DNA of 64,000 nucleotides, from assembly GCA_964430265.1 (NCBI GenBank), contig CAYSEI010000001.1, positions 61,574 through 125,573 of the forward strand. Direction: 5' to 3'. The notes beneath the pieces were generated by a model that did no database searches, was not told the DNA's origin, and saw only the letters and a list, made by a program, of their open reading frames with translations. Made by a program: the position numbers and the translations under genes. Each line of letters starts with the position of its first letter. The first letter of the stretch is position 1. Below, in pieces: positions 9,444 through 18,313 of this stretch. Source of the DNA: an uncultured Pseudomonadales bacterium. Its GTDB lineage: Bacteria > Patescibacteriota > Microgenomatia > UBA1400 > CAYXSR01.

Positions 9444-12251
9444 ATGGCGCAAAAATACTCTGCAAAGCAGGTTCTGATTGGCCTTATTATTGCTATTACC
9501 TTCAGTTTGATGCTTCTGCTTGTAGCAGGAGACAGTCAAAAAAATGCCCAAATTGTTCAGGCAGAGGACAATTCATTTACAACAAAAAATGCTCCTTTTA
9601 TAGCTACGTTTGCAAGTGTTGATGACCCGCAAAAAATATCTTTTAAAAAAGAAAATTCAGCAATTTCATTTAAAATACCTGACAAGAGTGTAAAATGGGC
9701 AAAAAAAGGAGACAAGCTAGAAGCAGAGGCAGAAAACGGGAAGACCTATTCATATACGCTTTTAAAAACAGAAAAAGGCACAGCTACTGGTTTAAAAGAA
9801 GAAATAGTTTTAAAAAAACCAATAGAACAAAATGTTTTTGCATTTGATATTGATTTTTCTTTATTAAAAGCAAAAAAGGAAAACAATCTTTGGCACTTTT
9901 ACAACTCAGAAGGGAAAGCCCTTTTCTATATCCCCAAACCTTTTATGGAGGATGCAAACGGGGAAAGAAGTGAAAATATAAAAATAGATATTACACAAGA
10001 TAAGCTAAAAATTACTGCAGATAAAGAATGGCTTTTATCAACGGACAGAAAATATCCAGTCACAATTGATCCGACTTTTAAGCTGACAATCCTCACAGTT
10101 CATTCCCATCCCCAGTCAGGAGATAACTGGGTAGTGGATTTTGAAACTCATGGTAAAGCAGACCTTAAAATAATTCCTGATGATCAGGCAACAATTGAGG
10201 ATATTGATTTTGTTTCCCTTAAATGCGGAAGCAAAAAAATGAATCCAGAGATATTACAAAATGATGTTATTTCCTACAAAAACTGGGAATGTAATCAAAC
10301 AGCGACAGTAACACATCTTGTTAATACAGCAGATCCACATACTCTTAAATTTGATTTTGGTGGAGAAATAAACTATGCCTACAATGCACCAGGAAGTACA
10401 ACATATACTTTTACCGGTGTAACTCAATCAACAAATGACTATTATGCCTATGAAGATTACGGAGCAACAGTATTTTCAAACCAGGATGATACAGGGACAA
10501 GTGAAGCAAGCAATACAGATTATGACAACATAGAGGCAGATGATGGAAATAGATGGGTGACAGAAGAAGCAACAAGTGATGGTGATTATGATTCCCAGCT
10601 ATATAAATTTTATATTGATGAAACAGAATCAACAGTATCCCAGCTTGATTTAAAATGGAACGGCTACGGAGAAACAGAGACAGGATATTCCACCTATTTT
10701 TACATCTGGGATTACAACTCTTCTAACTGGGAACAGCTTGACTCCAATGACTTTACAGCAGCTACTGATGCCGATTTAACCGGAACAATTGATAGCAGTG
10801 TAGGCAATTATATTGACATTGAAGGAGAAGTGACGCTGATGGCAAAAACGGAAAAAGTAGTTCCTTGTCCTGAATTTACAGACTGTACATGCGCTGGTAC
10901 AAGTTATGAGACGGTAAACTGTAGTAATGGAGATACTATCTATGTTGACTGTAATGCAGATAAATGTTGGGCACCAACGCCTTCAGGCTTGTATTCTTAC
11001 GATGACGCAATGGATTATTGCGATAACCTGGATCACGGTGGTATTTCTAATTGGGTCCTTCCAGATAAAGATACTTTAGCCAATCTTTGTAATTCAGATT
11101 CTTGTTCTAGTTACTGTTTTGGAGGAGATGGTTACGACGGTGGTTATTTATCTTCAGATATTAATGGATTACAGATCAATACTGTTTTTTTTGATGGTTG
11201 TATTGAGTATACACAAACAGATCCTTACTTTATTCGCTGTGTCAAGGTTTCAAATTCGCTTTATACTGACTACGTAGAACTCAAAGTCACCTACACTAAA
11301 GATAGTGGGGAAACATGTGAGGCGGATAGTGACTGTACTTCCGGAAACTGTGTTGATGGTTACTGCTGTGATACGGCTTGCGACGGCATCTGTGAAGCTT
11401 GTGATATTTCCGGATCTGAAGGCACTTGTACAAATATAGCAGAGGATACTGATCCGGACAATGAATGTGATTTAAGTTGTGCTAATGGCTGTGCAGACCA
11501 GACAGGGGATTGTAATGGCTCTGGTGCTTGTAAAAAAACATATTGTGCTGAAGGTCAGGCATGTTCAAGCGGCAGCTGTGGAACAGGCAACTATTGCAAT
11601 AGCGGCAACCAGGCATATTGTTCTTGTGAAGGTGCAGGTTGTTATAATGACGGCGGATTTGATTATGTCTGCCAGGGGCAGTGTGACGCTTCAGGCAATT
11701 GTACATACTCTGCAAATTGTTCAACACCGGATGAGGTGCCAAACAAGGTAGGCTTTTCCGGAGGAGTGGGCTTGGAAAATGTGGGATTGGATTATGATAT
11801 GCCTGAACCTTGTGCTGACACTACGATTGATAATTGTTTCTGTGATGGAACGGGATATTGTGAGATTACAGCATCAGGCGATACTGTCTATGTTGACTGC
11901 AACGCAGATAAATGTTGGACACCAACTGCTAGTTCCACTTATACTTGGTCGTCAAACTATAGTGAAGGCAATTGTGTTGGTCAAGGTAGCGATTATGAGG
12001 CCTGTCACTACTGTGATACTTTGTCCTACGGTGGTAAGGATGATTGGTTTCTACCAGGCAGAGATACCTTAGGGGATCTCTGTGATTCTGGTGCCTGTGA
12101 AGGAACTTGTTTCGGTGGTGATGGATTCAGCGAGAGATATTGGTGTTCTCAGGATTGGGATCTTATAGAAGCTGGCGTTGTAGATTTTTCTGGTTGTTTA
12201 CGTCAGACCGACGATAAGCACAACGACAACTATGTGCGTTGCGTCCGCTAG
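9444..12251 (+). CDS. Large surface protein: WapA-like N-domain, Cys-rich repeats, two DUF1566/C-type lectin-fold domains
   Basis: N-terminal TM; RKYPVTIDPT; CxxDxDCxSGNCVDGYCCDTAC; WxLP...YW/YL...V.F..G...YVRCVR twice. Start moved to ATG 9444, 6 nt after TATAAT. Confidence 0.75.
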   Translation: MAQKYSAKQVLIGLIIAITFSLMLLLVAGDSQKNAQIVQAEDNSFTTKNAPFIATFASVDDPQKISFKKENSAISFKIPDKSVKWAKKGDKLEAEAENGKTYSYTLLKTEKGTATGLKEEIVLKKPIEQNVFAFDIDFSLLKAKKENNLWHFYNSEGKALFYIPKPFMEDANGERSENIKIDITQDKLKITADKEWLLSTDRKYPVTIDPTFKLTILTVHSHPQSGDNWVVDFETHGKADLKIIPDDQATIEDIDFVSLKCGSKKMNPEILQNDVISYKNWECNQTATVTHLVNTADPHTLKFDFGGEINYAYNAPGSTTYTFTGVTQSTNDYYAYEDYGATVFSNQDDTGTSEASNTDYDNIEADDGNRWVTEEATSDGDYDSQLYKFYIDETESTVSQLDLKWNGYGETETGYSTYFYIWDYNSSNWEQLDSNDFTAATDADLTGTIDSSVGNYIDIEGEVTLMAKTEKVVPCPEFTDCTCAGTSYETVNCSNGDTIYVDCNADKCWAPTPSGLYSYDDAMDYCDNLDHGGISNWVLPDKDTLANLCNSDSCSSYCFGGDGYDGGYLSSDINGLQINTVFFDGCIEYTQTDPYFIRCVKVSNSLYTDYVELKVTYTKDSGETCEADSDCTSGNCVDGYCCDTACDGICEACDISGSEGTCTNIAEDTDPDNECDLSCANGCADQTGDCNGSGACKKTYCAEGQACSSGSCGTGNYCNSGNQAYCSCEGAGCYNDGGFDYVCQGQCDASGNCTYSANCSTPDEVPNKVGFSGGVGLENVGLDYDMPEPCADTTIDNCFCDGTGYCEITASGDTVYVDCNADKCWTPTASSTYTWSSNYSEGNCVGQGSDYEACHYCDTLSYGGKDDWFLPGRDTLGDLCDSGACEGTCFGGDGFSERYWCSQDWDLIEAGVVDFSGCLRQTDDKHNDNYVRCVR
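10932..11926 (+). repeat. Intragenic duplication of the DUF1566-like module (copies start near 10932 and 11880)
   Basis: gatactatctatgttgactgtaatgcagataaatgttgggcaccaac vs gatactgtctatgttgactgcaacgcagataaatgttggacaccaac. Confidence 0.85.
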
Positions 12252-12292
12252 GAGAAAAAACTAGAATTTAATTATTTAAAAAATTTAGAATT

Positions 12293-12315
12293 TCCCGCCG
12301 ATAGGCGGGATTTTT
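12293..12315 (+). terminator. GC hairpin plus T-tract (intrinsic terminator and/or DGR hairpin)
   Basis: TCCCGCC-GATA-GGCGGGA followed by TTTTT, about 40 nt after the stop codon. Confidence 0.7.
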
Positions 12316-12321
12316 CATTTC

Positions 12322-12338
12322 CTCCGCCTTTGGCGGAG
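12322..12338. repeat. Second GC-rich palindrome
   Basis: CTCCGCC-TTT-GGCGGAG. Confidence 0.8.
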
Positions 12339-12351
12339 CGCTTGCAAATTT

Positions 12352-12672
12352 TTATTTTAAATTTATATTCAGCACTTTTAAATAAGGGTTGTTAATGAAT
12401 ACACATTTATTCTTCATTGACAAAAATAGGGGAATGATATTAAATAAAATCATGATGAATCCGACCCATCTTTCTTTTTTTATTTGTAAGCAAAATAAAA
12501 GCAGGGGGGTTGGTTGTTGAAGAATTGCCCAAATTAAGAAAACAACGGCCTCCTGAAAAGGAGGCTTTTTTAGTCTAAGAAACAAAAAATGGAAACAGAA
12601 GCATACAAACCACCAGAAAATATACAAAATAAAGAGAATGAAAAACAGTTGAATAATTATTATCATGCACAC
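12352..12672 (-). CDS. Possible small hydrophobic hypothetical protein
   Basis: ORF with TATTAT 7 nt before a GTG start; no recognisable motif. Confidence 0.25.
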   Translation of the reverse strand: MCMIIIIQLFFILFILYIFWWFVCFCFHFLFLRLKKPPFQEAVVFLIWAILQQPTPLLLFCLQIKKERWVGFIMILFNIIPLFLSMKNKCVFINNPYLKVLNINLK

Positions 12673-12982
12673 TTGTTTAATAATACAGTTGGGCTGACAA
12701 GTTCAAGCAAACTGTTTTTAGAACAGGCTGCGCGCGCCTATCAAGAAAAGAGAAAGTAATTTGTCTTGAAACTTCTGATGGTATTGTCAAAATTTAAACT
12801 GACCGAATTTATACAGATACAGTCACTTATTGACTAAATTACAAAAAATCTGAATTCAAATTAATTAATAAAAATAATTACTTAACTTTGTTTTTTGAAC
12901 TTTTTTAGTAATTAATATCTATATACAAGTTTATACTTTGATATATAGGTTTATAATACAGTTGATAGTTTTTGAGGTATTA

Positions 12983-13726
12983 TTATATTTCCAGTTCTTC
13001 TAGGTTTAGTTTAATTCCCGGTGATTGGGTAGAGGTGATGGTTGCTTTTTTAATATTATGCTTTTTTATACCTTCAATTGCTGCTTTAAGGTTTTCCAAA
13101 AGCTTTTTTTTCTTAAATGAATTTTTACCGATTGCTAAATGGATAATGGGAGCTTTTCTTTCAGTGCGGAAGTGGATTTCTCCGCTTTCCACTTTCTTTT
13201 TTAGTTCCTCAGGTTTTTCTGTGATTGTATTGTTTTTGGGGTTGGGCATTAAACCTCTTGGTCCCAGGATTGGTCCCAGTTTGGCAACTTTTGGCATCAT
13301 TTTAGGAGTAGCTATAAGGACATCAAAATCTATTTTTTCAGTTTTTTCAATCTTTTTTATGAGTTTTTCATCTGCAATTGCAACTTTCCTTTTTTTACCG
13401 CTTCCGTGGGGTAAATTTATGGTGCCATTTAGATTTTCTTTGCGGGTGTTGATGTGCAGTTCAACTGTTTCATCAATATTGCTGTTTGAAATGTCTATTA
13501 AAAGTTCAATAGCTTTTTTTGGAGAGTACTGTTTAGTGCGAATAACTTTTTTACTGATTTTTCTGTACCTTTTGGAGTGAGCTGGACCTTTGTCTTTTTT
13601 TTCTTCTTTTTTATCTGTTTCTTCTTTTACTTGAGTTTTTTTATCCTCAGTCTTTTTATCTTTAGCTTCTTCTTTTTTTTCCTGTTCTTCTGCTAGATCA
13701 ATTTTTTGTACTTTTTTTTGTCCCAT
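12983..13726 (-). CDS. rplA: 50S ribosomal protein L1 with charged N-terminal extension
   Basis: DETVELHIN, LPHGSGK, LGPILGPRGLMPNPK, STQSPGI. Confidence 0.97.
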   Translation of the reverse strand: MGQKKVQKIDLAEEQEKKEEAKDKKTEDKKTQVKEETDKKEEKKDKGPAHSKRYRKISKKVIRTKQYSPKKAIELLIDISNSNIDETVELHINTRKENLNGTINLPHGSGKKRKVAIADEKLIKKIEKTEKIDFDVLIATPKMMPKVAKLGPILGPRGLMPNPKNNTITEKPEELKKKVESGEIHFRTERKAPIIHLAIGKNSFKKKKLLENLKAAIEGIKKHNIKKATITSTQSPGIKLNLEELEI

Positions 13727-14145
13727 TATTTTACCCCAATTCCCATACTTCTGGCTGTGCCTTTAATAATTTTTTTTGCGTTTTCCATGTCTTTGGCATT
13801 TAAATCTTCCATTTTTTCTTTGGCAATTTCTTCAATTTGTTCCTCACTTATTGTTCCTGCCTGCTCTCTGCCGGGTTTTTCACTGCCTTTTTCTAGATTA
13901 ATCTTTTGTTTGATGTATTCAGATACAGGAGGTTTTCTTAGTTCCATATCAAAAGAACGGTCCTGGTAGATAGTAAGAATACAGGGGATAACTCCGCTTT
14001 TATCAGCAGTCATCTTATTGTATTCACTACAAAACTGGCCAATGTTCACACCGTGCTGTCCCAGAACTGGGCCAATAGGAGGGGCAGGGTTTGCTTTTCC
14101 TGCTTCCAAATTCAACTTTAGTTTTCTTTTTATTTTCTTTGCCAT
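13726..14145 (-). CDS. rplK: 50S ribosomal protein L11
   Basis: AGKANPAPPIGPVLGQHGVNI...GTARSMGI. Confidence 0.98.
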   Translation of the reverse strand: MAKKIKRKLKLNLEAGKANPAPPIGPVLGQHGVNIGQFCSEYNKMTADKSGVIPCILTIYQDRSFDMELRKPPVSEYIKQKINLEKGSEKPGREQAGTISEEQIEEIAKEKMEDLNAKDMENAKKIIKGTARSMGIGVK

Positions 14146-14223
14146 AACAAGAGTATATTTTAACAGAAAAAAGTCTCTTATAAAAGGGGAATTATTTTTA
14201 CTTTATAATTTAAGTCCTGTTTT

Positions 14224-14463
14224 TTATTTATCTTCAAGATAAATTTCCCAGAAATTCTTAGACATTGGGCTTAAGTTATATTCCGAGAGATTGTTTTTAA
14301 CCTCTTTTTTGTTGACTTTTTTAAACAGCCATTTGATTGACTTTGAGTCTCCTTTATCCAATATTTTTTCGATGATGTATTTTTTGTTTTCGTTCCAGTT
14401 TAACTGGGATAAGTTATCGCCCCAGAAGTATTTTTGCACAGATTTAGGGAGTTTTGCTTTCAT
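14224..14463 (-). CDS. DUF6922-like small protein (usually a nucleotidyltransferase partner)
   Basis: YFWGD...YIIEKILDKGD...W...FW pattern; ATG 6 nt after TATAAT. Confidence 0.65.
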   Translation of the reverse strand: MKAKLPKSVQKYFWGDNLSQLNWNENKKYIIEKILDKGDSKSIKWLFKKVNKKEVKNNLSEYNLSPMSKNFWEIYLEDK

Positions 14464-14540
14464 ACATATATTATACAATTTTTAGCAGAATATTTCATTT
14501 ATAAACAGAAGCTAAAAACGTTGGATTATAAGCTGGGGTG

Positions 14541-15233
14541 TTAGATTTTGCTTACCTGAAGAAAATCCAGTTCAACAGGTGTTTCTCTGCCAAATATGGA
14601 GACCAGAACTCTGATCTTGCCTTTTTCTTCATCAATTTTGTCAACTGTTCCCAAAAAGTCTGCAAAAGGACCTTCAGTAATCTTGACTGCTTCACCTTCT
14701 GAGAATTTTGTTTTGTATTTGGGCGCTTCCATCTTGGAAAATTTCAAAATGGTTTCCACTTCTTCTTTGGGAAGGGGAGTGGGTTTGTTTTCTGCGCCGA
14801 CAAAAGTGGTTACCCCCGGAGTGGTTCTGACTGTCAGCCAGGCATCATCATTTAAAACCATCTTCACTATAATATATCCGGGAAAGATTTTTTCTGCGAC
14901 TTCTTTTTTCTTGCCTCTCTGGATTTTAATTTTATTCTGGGTGGGAACAAGAATTTCTAAAACATTGTTTTGCAATCCCATAGTTTCCACTCTTTGTTTG
15001 AGTGCCAGGGCAACTTTTTGCTCCCTTCCGGAGTAGGTGTGGACCACATACCAACGGGAGCCCTCTTGATCTTCGTCATTGATTACCAGGTGGTTGGAAC
15101 TGCCCAGTTTGGGTTCTTCCTCTTCAGAAGCAGCTTCTTTTTTTTCTTTTGCTTCTTTAGAAGGAGTTTCCTTTTTAACAGGTTTTTTGATTTTTTCTTC
15201 CTGGTTTTGCTTTTCTTCTTGTTTTTTGTTCAT
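14541..15233 (-). CDS. nusG: Transcription factor NusG with charged N-terminal extension
   Basis: WYVVHTYSGRE, FPGY, KOW GPFADF, VSIFGRETPVELDF. Confidence 0.98.
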   Translation of the reverse strand: MNKKQEEKQNQEEKIKKPVKKETPSKEAKEKKEAASEEEEPKLGSSNHLVINDEDQEGSRWYVVHTYSGREQKVALALKQRVETMGLQNNVLEILVPTQNKIKIQRGKKKEVAEKIFPGYIIVKMVLNDDAWLTVRTTPGVTTFVGAENKPTPLPKEEVETILKFSKMEAPKYKTKFSEGEAVKITEGPFADFLGTVDKIDEEKGKIRVLVSIFGRETPVELDFLQVSKI

Positions 15234-15409
15234 ATAATTGTGATTAATAAATTAAGCAATCTTTTAAAGATAATGTCAAGTACTGTCATGATTCCGGCTA
15301 CGCCTGCACTGACAACAATAACAGTGATTGTCATTCGGATGATTTCTTGTTTACCAGGCCAGGAGACTTTGTTAAGTTCTCTTCTAACCTCTTTTAAGTA
15401 CTGAATCAT
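15230..15409 (-). CDS. secE: Preprotein translocase SecE (59 aa, not in the ORF track)
   Basis: MIQYLKEVRRELNKVSWP plus one TM helix; immediately upstream of nusG. Confidence 0.93.
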   Translation of the reverse strand: MIQYLKEVRRELNKVSWPGKQEIIRMTITVIVVSAGVAGIMTVLDIIFKRLLNLLITII

Positions 15410-15418
15410 ACGAAGTTA

Positions 15419-15469
15419 ATTTTAACACAAACCTCTTTTTTTGACAAACAAATTAAAAACTTCTATACT
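15419..15469. promoter_or_regulatory. Back-to-back sigma70 promoters for secE (-) and galU (+) with overlapping -35 boxes
   Basis: + strand: TTGACA(15441)-17 nt-TATACT(15464). - strand: TTGTCA-17 nt-TAAAAT(15424-15419). Confidence 0.7.
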
Positions 15470-15512
15470 TTTGGTGTGTCTTATTATTAAATATGCACAA
15501 AGGAGACTCTAT

Positions 15513-16403
15513 ATGAAAATCACCAAAGCGGTTATTGCAGTTGCAGGCTATGGAACCAGATTTTTACCCGCTACTAAGAACCAGCCTAAAGAAATGCTTC
15601 CGATAATTGACAAGCCGATTGTTCAATATTTAGTAGAGGAGGCAGTTGAATCGGGAATTGAGGACATTATTCTAGTTACCCGGGTTGGCCAGACCTCTTT
15701 GGAAAACCACTTTGATACCAACATGGAACTAGAAATCCAGCTGAAAAGAGCTAACAAAATGGACCGCTTGGAAAAAGTGCAAAAAATCTACAAGATGGCA
15801 AATTATGTATATATCAGGCAGGGAAGACATCTTCCTTATGGAAACGGAACTCCGCTTCTTTGTGTTAAAAACCTGATTAGGGAAAATGAGCCTTTTGTAT
15901 ATATGTTTGGCGACGACTTGGTCCTGCATGAAAACGGCAGTCCTTGTGTTAAACAGTTAATGGATGTCTATTACCAGCATGAACCTGCTTCAATGATTGC
16001 TGTACAGGAAGTTCCGGACGAGGAAGTGGAAAGATACGGAACAGTTAATTACAAACAAGGCACAAAGATAAACCAGATAACCGATATCCAGGAAAAGCTT
16101 CCTTTAGGTGAAGCTCCTTCAAACATGGCACAATTCGGCCGCTTTATTTTAACTCCTAAAGTGATCCATATTTTGCAGAGTTTTTATAAGAATGAAAACT
16201 TTGGCAAGGACGGAGAACTTTGGTTGACCGATGCTTTAAACAAGCTGGCAAAGGAAGATACAGTTATTGCTCAGCCAATTAAAGGCAAATGGATGACAAC
16301 CGGTGATCCGCTGCGTTTTATGAAAGCAGCAGTGGAATATGCACTGATAAGAGATGATATTGGTCCGGAATTTAAAGAATATCTTAAAAGCTTGAATCTG
16401 TAA
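15513..16403 (+). CDS. galU: UTP-glucose-1-phosphate uridylyltransferase
   Basis: KAVIAVAGYGTRFLPATKNQPKEMLP, GDD; AGGAG RBS before ATG 15513. Confidence 0.9.
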   Translation: MKITKAVIAVAGYGTRFLPATKNQPKEMLPIIDKPIVQYLVEEAVESGIEDIILVTRVGQTSLENHFDTNMELEIQLKRANKMDRLEKVQKIYKMANYVYIRQGRHLPYGNGTPLLCVKNLIRENEPFVYMFGDDLVLHENGSPCVKQLMDVYYQHEPASMIAVQEVPDEEVERYGTVNYKQGTKINQITDIQEKLPLGEAPSNMAQFGRFILTPKVIHILQSFYKNENFGKDGELWLTDALNKLAKEDTVIAQPIKGKWMTTGDPLRFMKAAVEYALIRDDIGPEFKEYLKSLNL

Positions 16404-16411
16404 AAAATATA

Positions 16412-16705
16412 TTGGTGGAAACAGAAAGAATAGGACAGGCACCATCTTCAGAAATAATTTCTAATGGTCGTTGTGTGGAAGATAAGGCTTTGGATAATGT
16501 CTTTCAGGAAAGATTAAGAGAGGCAGTTGATCCGATAGCAGAAAGCATAATTATGGATTTAATTGATAATATGCCGGAGGAGGAAAGGACAAAGATTGTT
16601 AGGAAAGCAAAAAGGCTAAGAAGTTTGGGAATTAAGGGAAACAGGGAACAGGTTTTAAGAATGGCACATAGAAAATACTGGGAAGAAAAACAAAATGAAA
16701 GTTGA
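16412..16705 (+). CDS. Hypothetical protein
   Basis: Co-oriented, tightly packed ORF with coding-like purine bias. Confidence 0.55.
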   Translation: MVETERIGQAPSSEIISNGRCVEDKALDNVFQERLREAVDPIAESIIMDLIDNMPEEERTKIVRKAKRLRSLGIKGNREQVLRMAHRKYWEEKQNES

Positions 16706-16970
16706 AAGATCAGATAGAAAACATTCTTCTTCAAGCAGATCAGAATACCGAACTATAGAAAATGATTTTGAATTATCAGGACAAAGTGTATTAATGGAAC
16801 TAGGGGAGGAATTAAATATAGAAATATCTATTCCGGATAATCCTGATGCTAAAAAGTGGGTGGAGAATAGGACAAGAGAAATAGTTGAACAATTTAGGGA
16901 AACAGGGGAAGAAATTGAAAAGCGTGCACAAAGACTGGCGCGTATTGAATGGATTAAAAAAGAAAATTAA
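16695..16970 (+). CDS. Hypothetical protein
   Basis: Overlaps the previous stop region; coding-like bias. Confidence 0.55.
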   Translation: MKVERSDRKHSSSSRSEYRTIENDFELSGQSVLMELGEELNIEISIPDNPDAKKWVENRTREIVEQFRETGEEIEKRAQRLARIEWIKKEN

Positions 16971-16972
16971 GT

Positions 16973-18295
16973 TTACTGGTTTTTAGTTTTTTTCCAAAAA
17001 TTGCTTTGTCTGCAGAGCAAAGCATCCGCTTTTTTGGGGTTATTCATAATTTTTTTAACAACAATTTCTAAGAAAATGGTGTTTTGTGAGCCCTTAACAA
17101 GGATCAGATCATTTTTTTGGATATTCTTTTTGACAAATTCTGCTGCTTTGGATGGTGATAAAAATGTATGAATCTTTTCTTTGTTAAAACCTTTTTTAAC
17201 AGCTTCATTATAAAAGTATTTTTTCATTAAGGGACCGACTAAAATAATTTCATCAGCAATTTTGACTGCTTTTCTTGCAGCTTTTATGTGTTCTGTTTCT
17301 GCTTGTTCTCCCAGCTCGCGCATGTCTCCCAGAACTGCAACTTTTCTATTTTTAAACTGTTTAAGCGTATCAAGCATGCCTAAAAGCGGCTGCAAAGAAG
17401 AATTGTATGATGAATCAATTATTATAGAATTATTGATTCCTTGTATCAGAGTAGCTCTTCCCGGCGGAAGCTCCCAATTGCTTTGCAAATTTTTGGCAGT
17501 CTGCTTTTTTGATAATCCAATGTGTGTAGTAACTGTAAAGACAATTTCCAATGAAGAAAGATAGTATTTGGGTAGGGCATAACTGGGAAAATTGAGTGTT
17601 TGGTCCATAATTTCTACTTGTGTTCCTTTTTTTGTCACCTTAATTTGTCCACTATTATTATCCATATCAAATGATATCATTTCTGCTTTAATATGTTTTT
17701 TTATCTTGTCCAAGTAAAAAAAGTCTTTAGGGTAGACTGCCAATCCGTTTTCAGGGGCGGAAACAAGTATTTTGCTTTTTTGTTTGGCTATAGCATTTAC
17801 AAGAATTTTTTGTTTTTTATCTGGTGGAAGATTTTTTTGTTGTTTATTAAGAATTTTTTCAAACTGCATGGTGTGAACAGGGTAGACATTTAAAAGGATT
17901 GCAATGTCAGGTTTAACAATGGAAAGCAGATAGTCCATGTTTTTGGGTGGATAAGGGTCATCAATTCCATATTCAATAATTAAATACTCCGTATTTTTTA
18001 AATAGAAGAGACCAAAAGGCGCTTTAAGTGCTAGTAAAAGCCAGTTTTTAAGTGAATAAGTGTTTACTTTAACACCCAGGATTCCAAAAGGGATGCCGGT
18101 TTCGGAATTACCCTTTTTTATTGTTTTGGTTCTAAACGAGGGGGAAATTGCAGAGTAAAGCATATCCCTTAAAGAGCTTTTTCCGGCTGAGCCGGTAACA
18201 CCGATGATTTGTACTTTATTAATTTTTAAAGCTAATTTGGATAATAAGCGGATGTAAAATAAAAATGGCCAGCGCAGGATATTTTTAAAACTCAT
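16973..18295 (-). CDS. murF: UDP-MurNAc-tripeptide D-Ala-D-Ala ligase
   Basis: GVTGSAGKSS, DSSYNSS, LGDMRELG, LVKGSQ. Confidence 0.9.
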   Translation of the reverse strand: MSFKNILRWPFLFYIRLLSKLALKINKVQIIGVTGSAGKSSLRDMLYSAISPSFRTKTIKKGNSETGIPFGILGVKVNTYSLKNWLLLALKAPFGLFYLKNTEYLIIEYGIDDPYPPKNMDYLLSIVKPDIAILLNVYPVHTMQFEKILNKQQKNLPPDKKQKILVNAIAKQKSKILVSAPENGLAVYPKDFFYLDKIKKHIKAEMISFDMDNNSGQIKVTKKGTQVEIMDQTLNFPSYALPKYYLSSLEIVFTVTTHIGLSKKQTAKNLQSNWELPPGRATLIQGINNSIIIDSSYNSSLQPLLGMLDTLKQFKNRKVAVLGDMRELGEQAETEHIKAARKAVKIADEIILVGPLMKKYFYNEAVKKGFNKEKIHTFLSPSKAAEFVKKNIQKNDLILVKGSQNTIFLEIVVKKIMNNPKKADALLCRQSNFWKKTKNQ

Positions 18296-18313
18296 AAATA
18301 TATTTTACCAAAA

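Noticed and set aside
10932-11926. The two DUF1566 copies as a DGR template/variable repeat pair
   Set aside because: Differences include T/C changes and are not adenine-restricted, and both copies are in frame in the CDS; this is an ordinary duplication.
12680-12980. oriC or dif in the long AT-rich intergenic region
   Set aside because: No TTATCCACA DnaA boxes or XerC/D consensus recognised.
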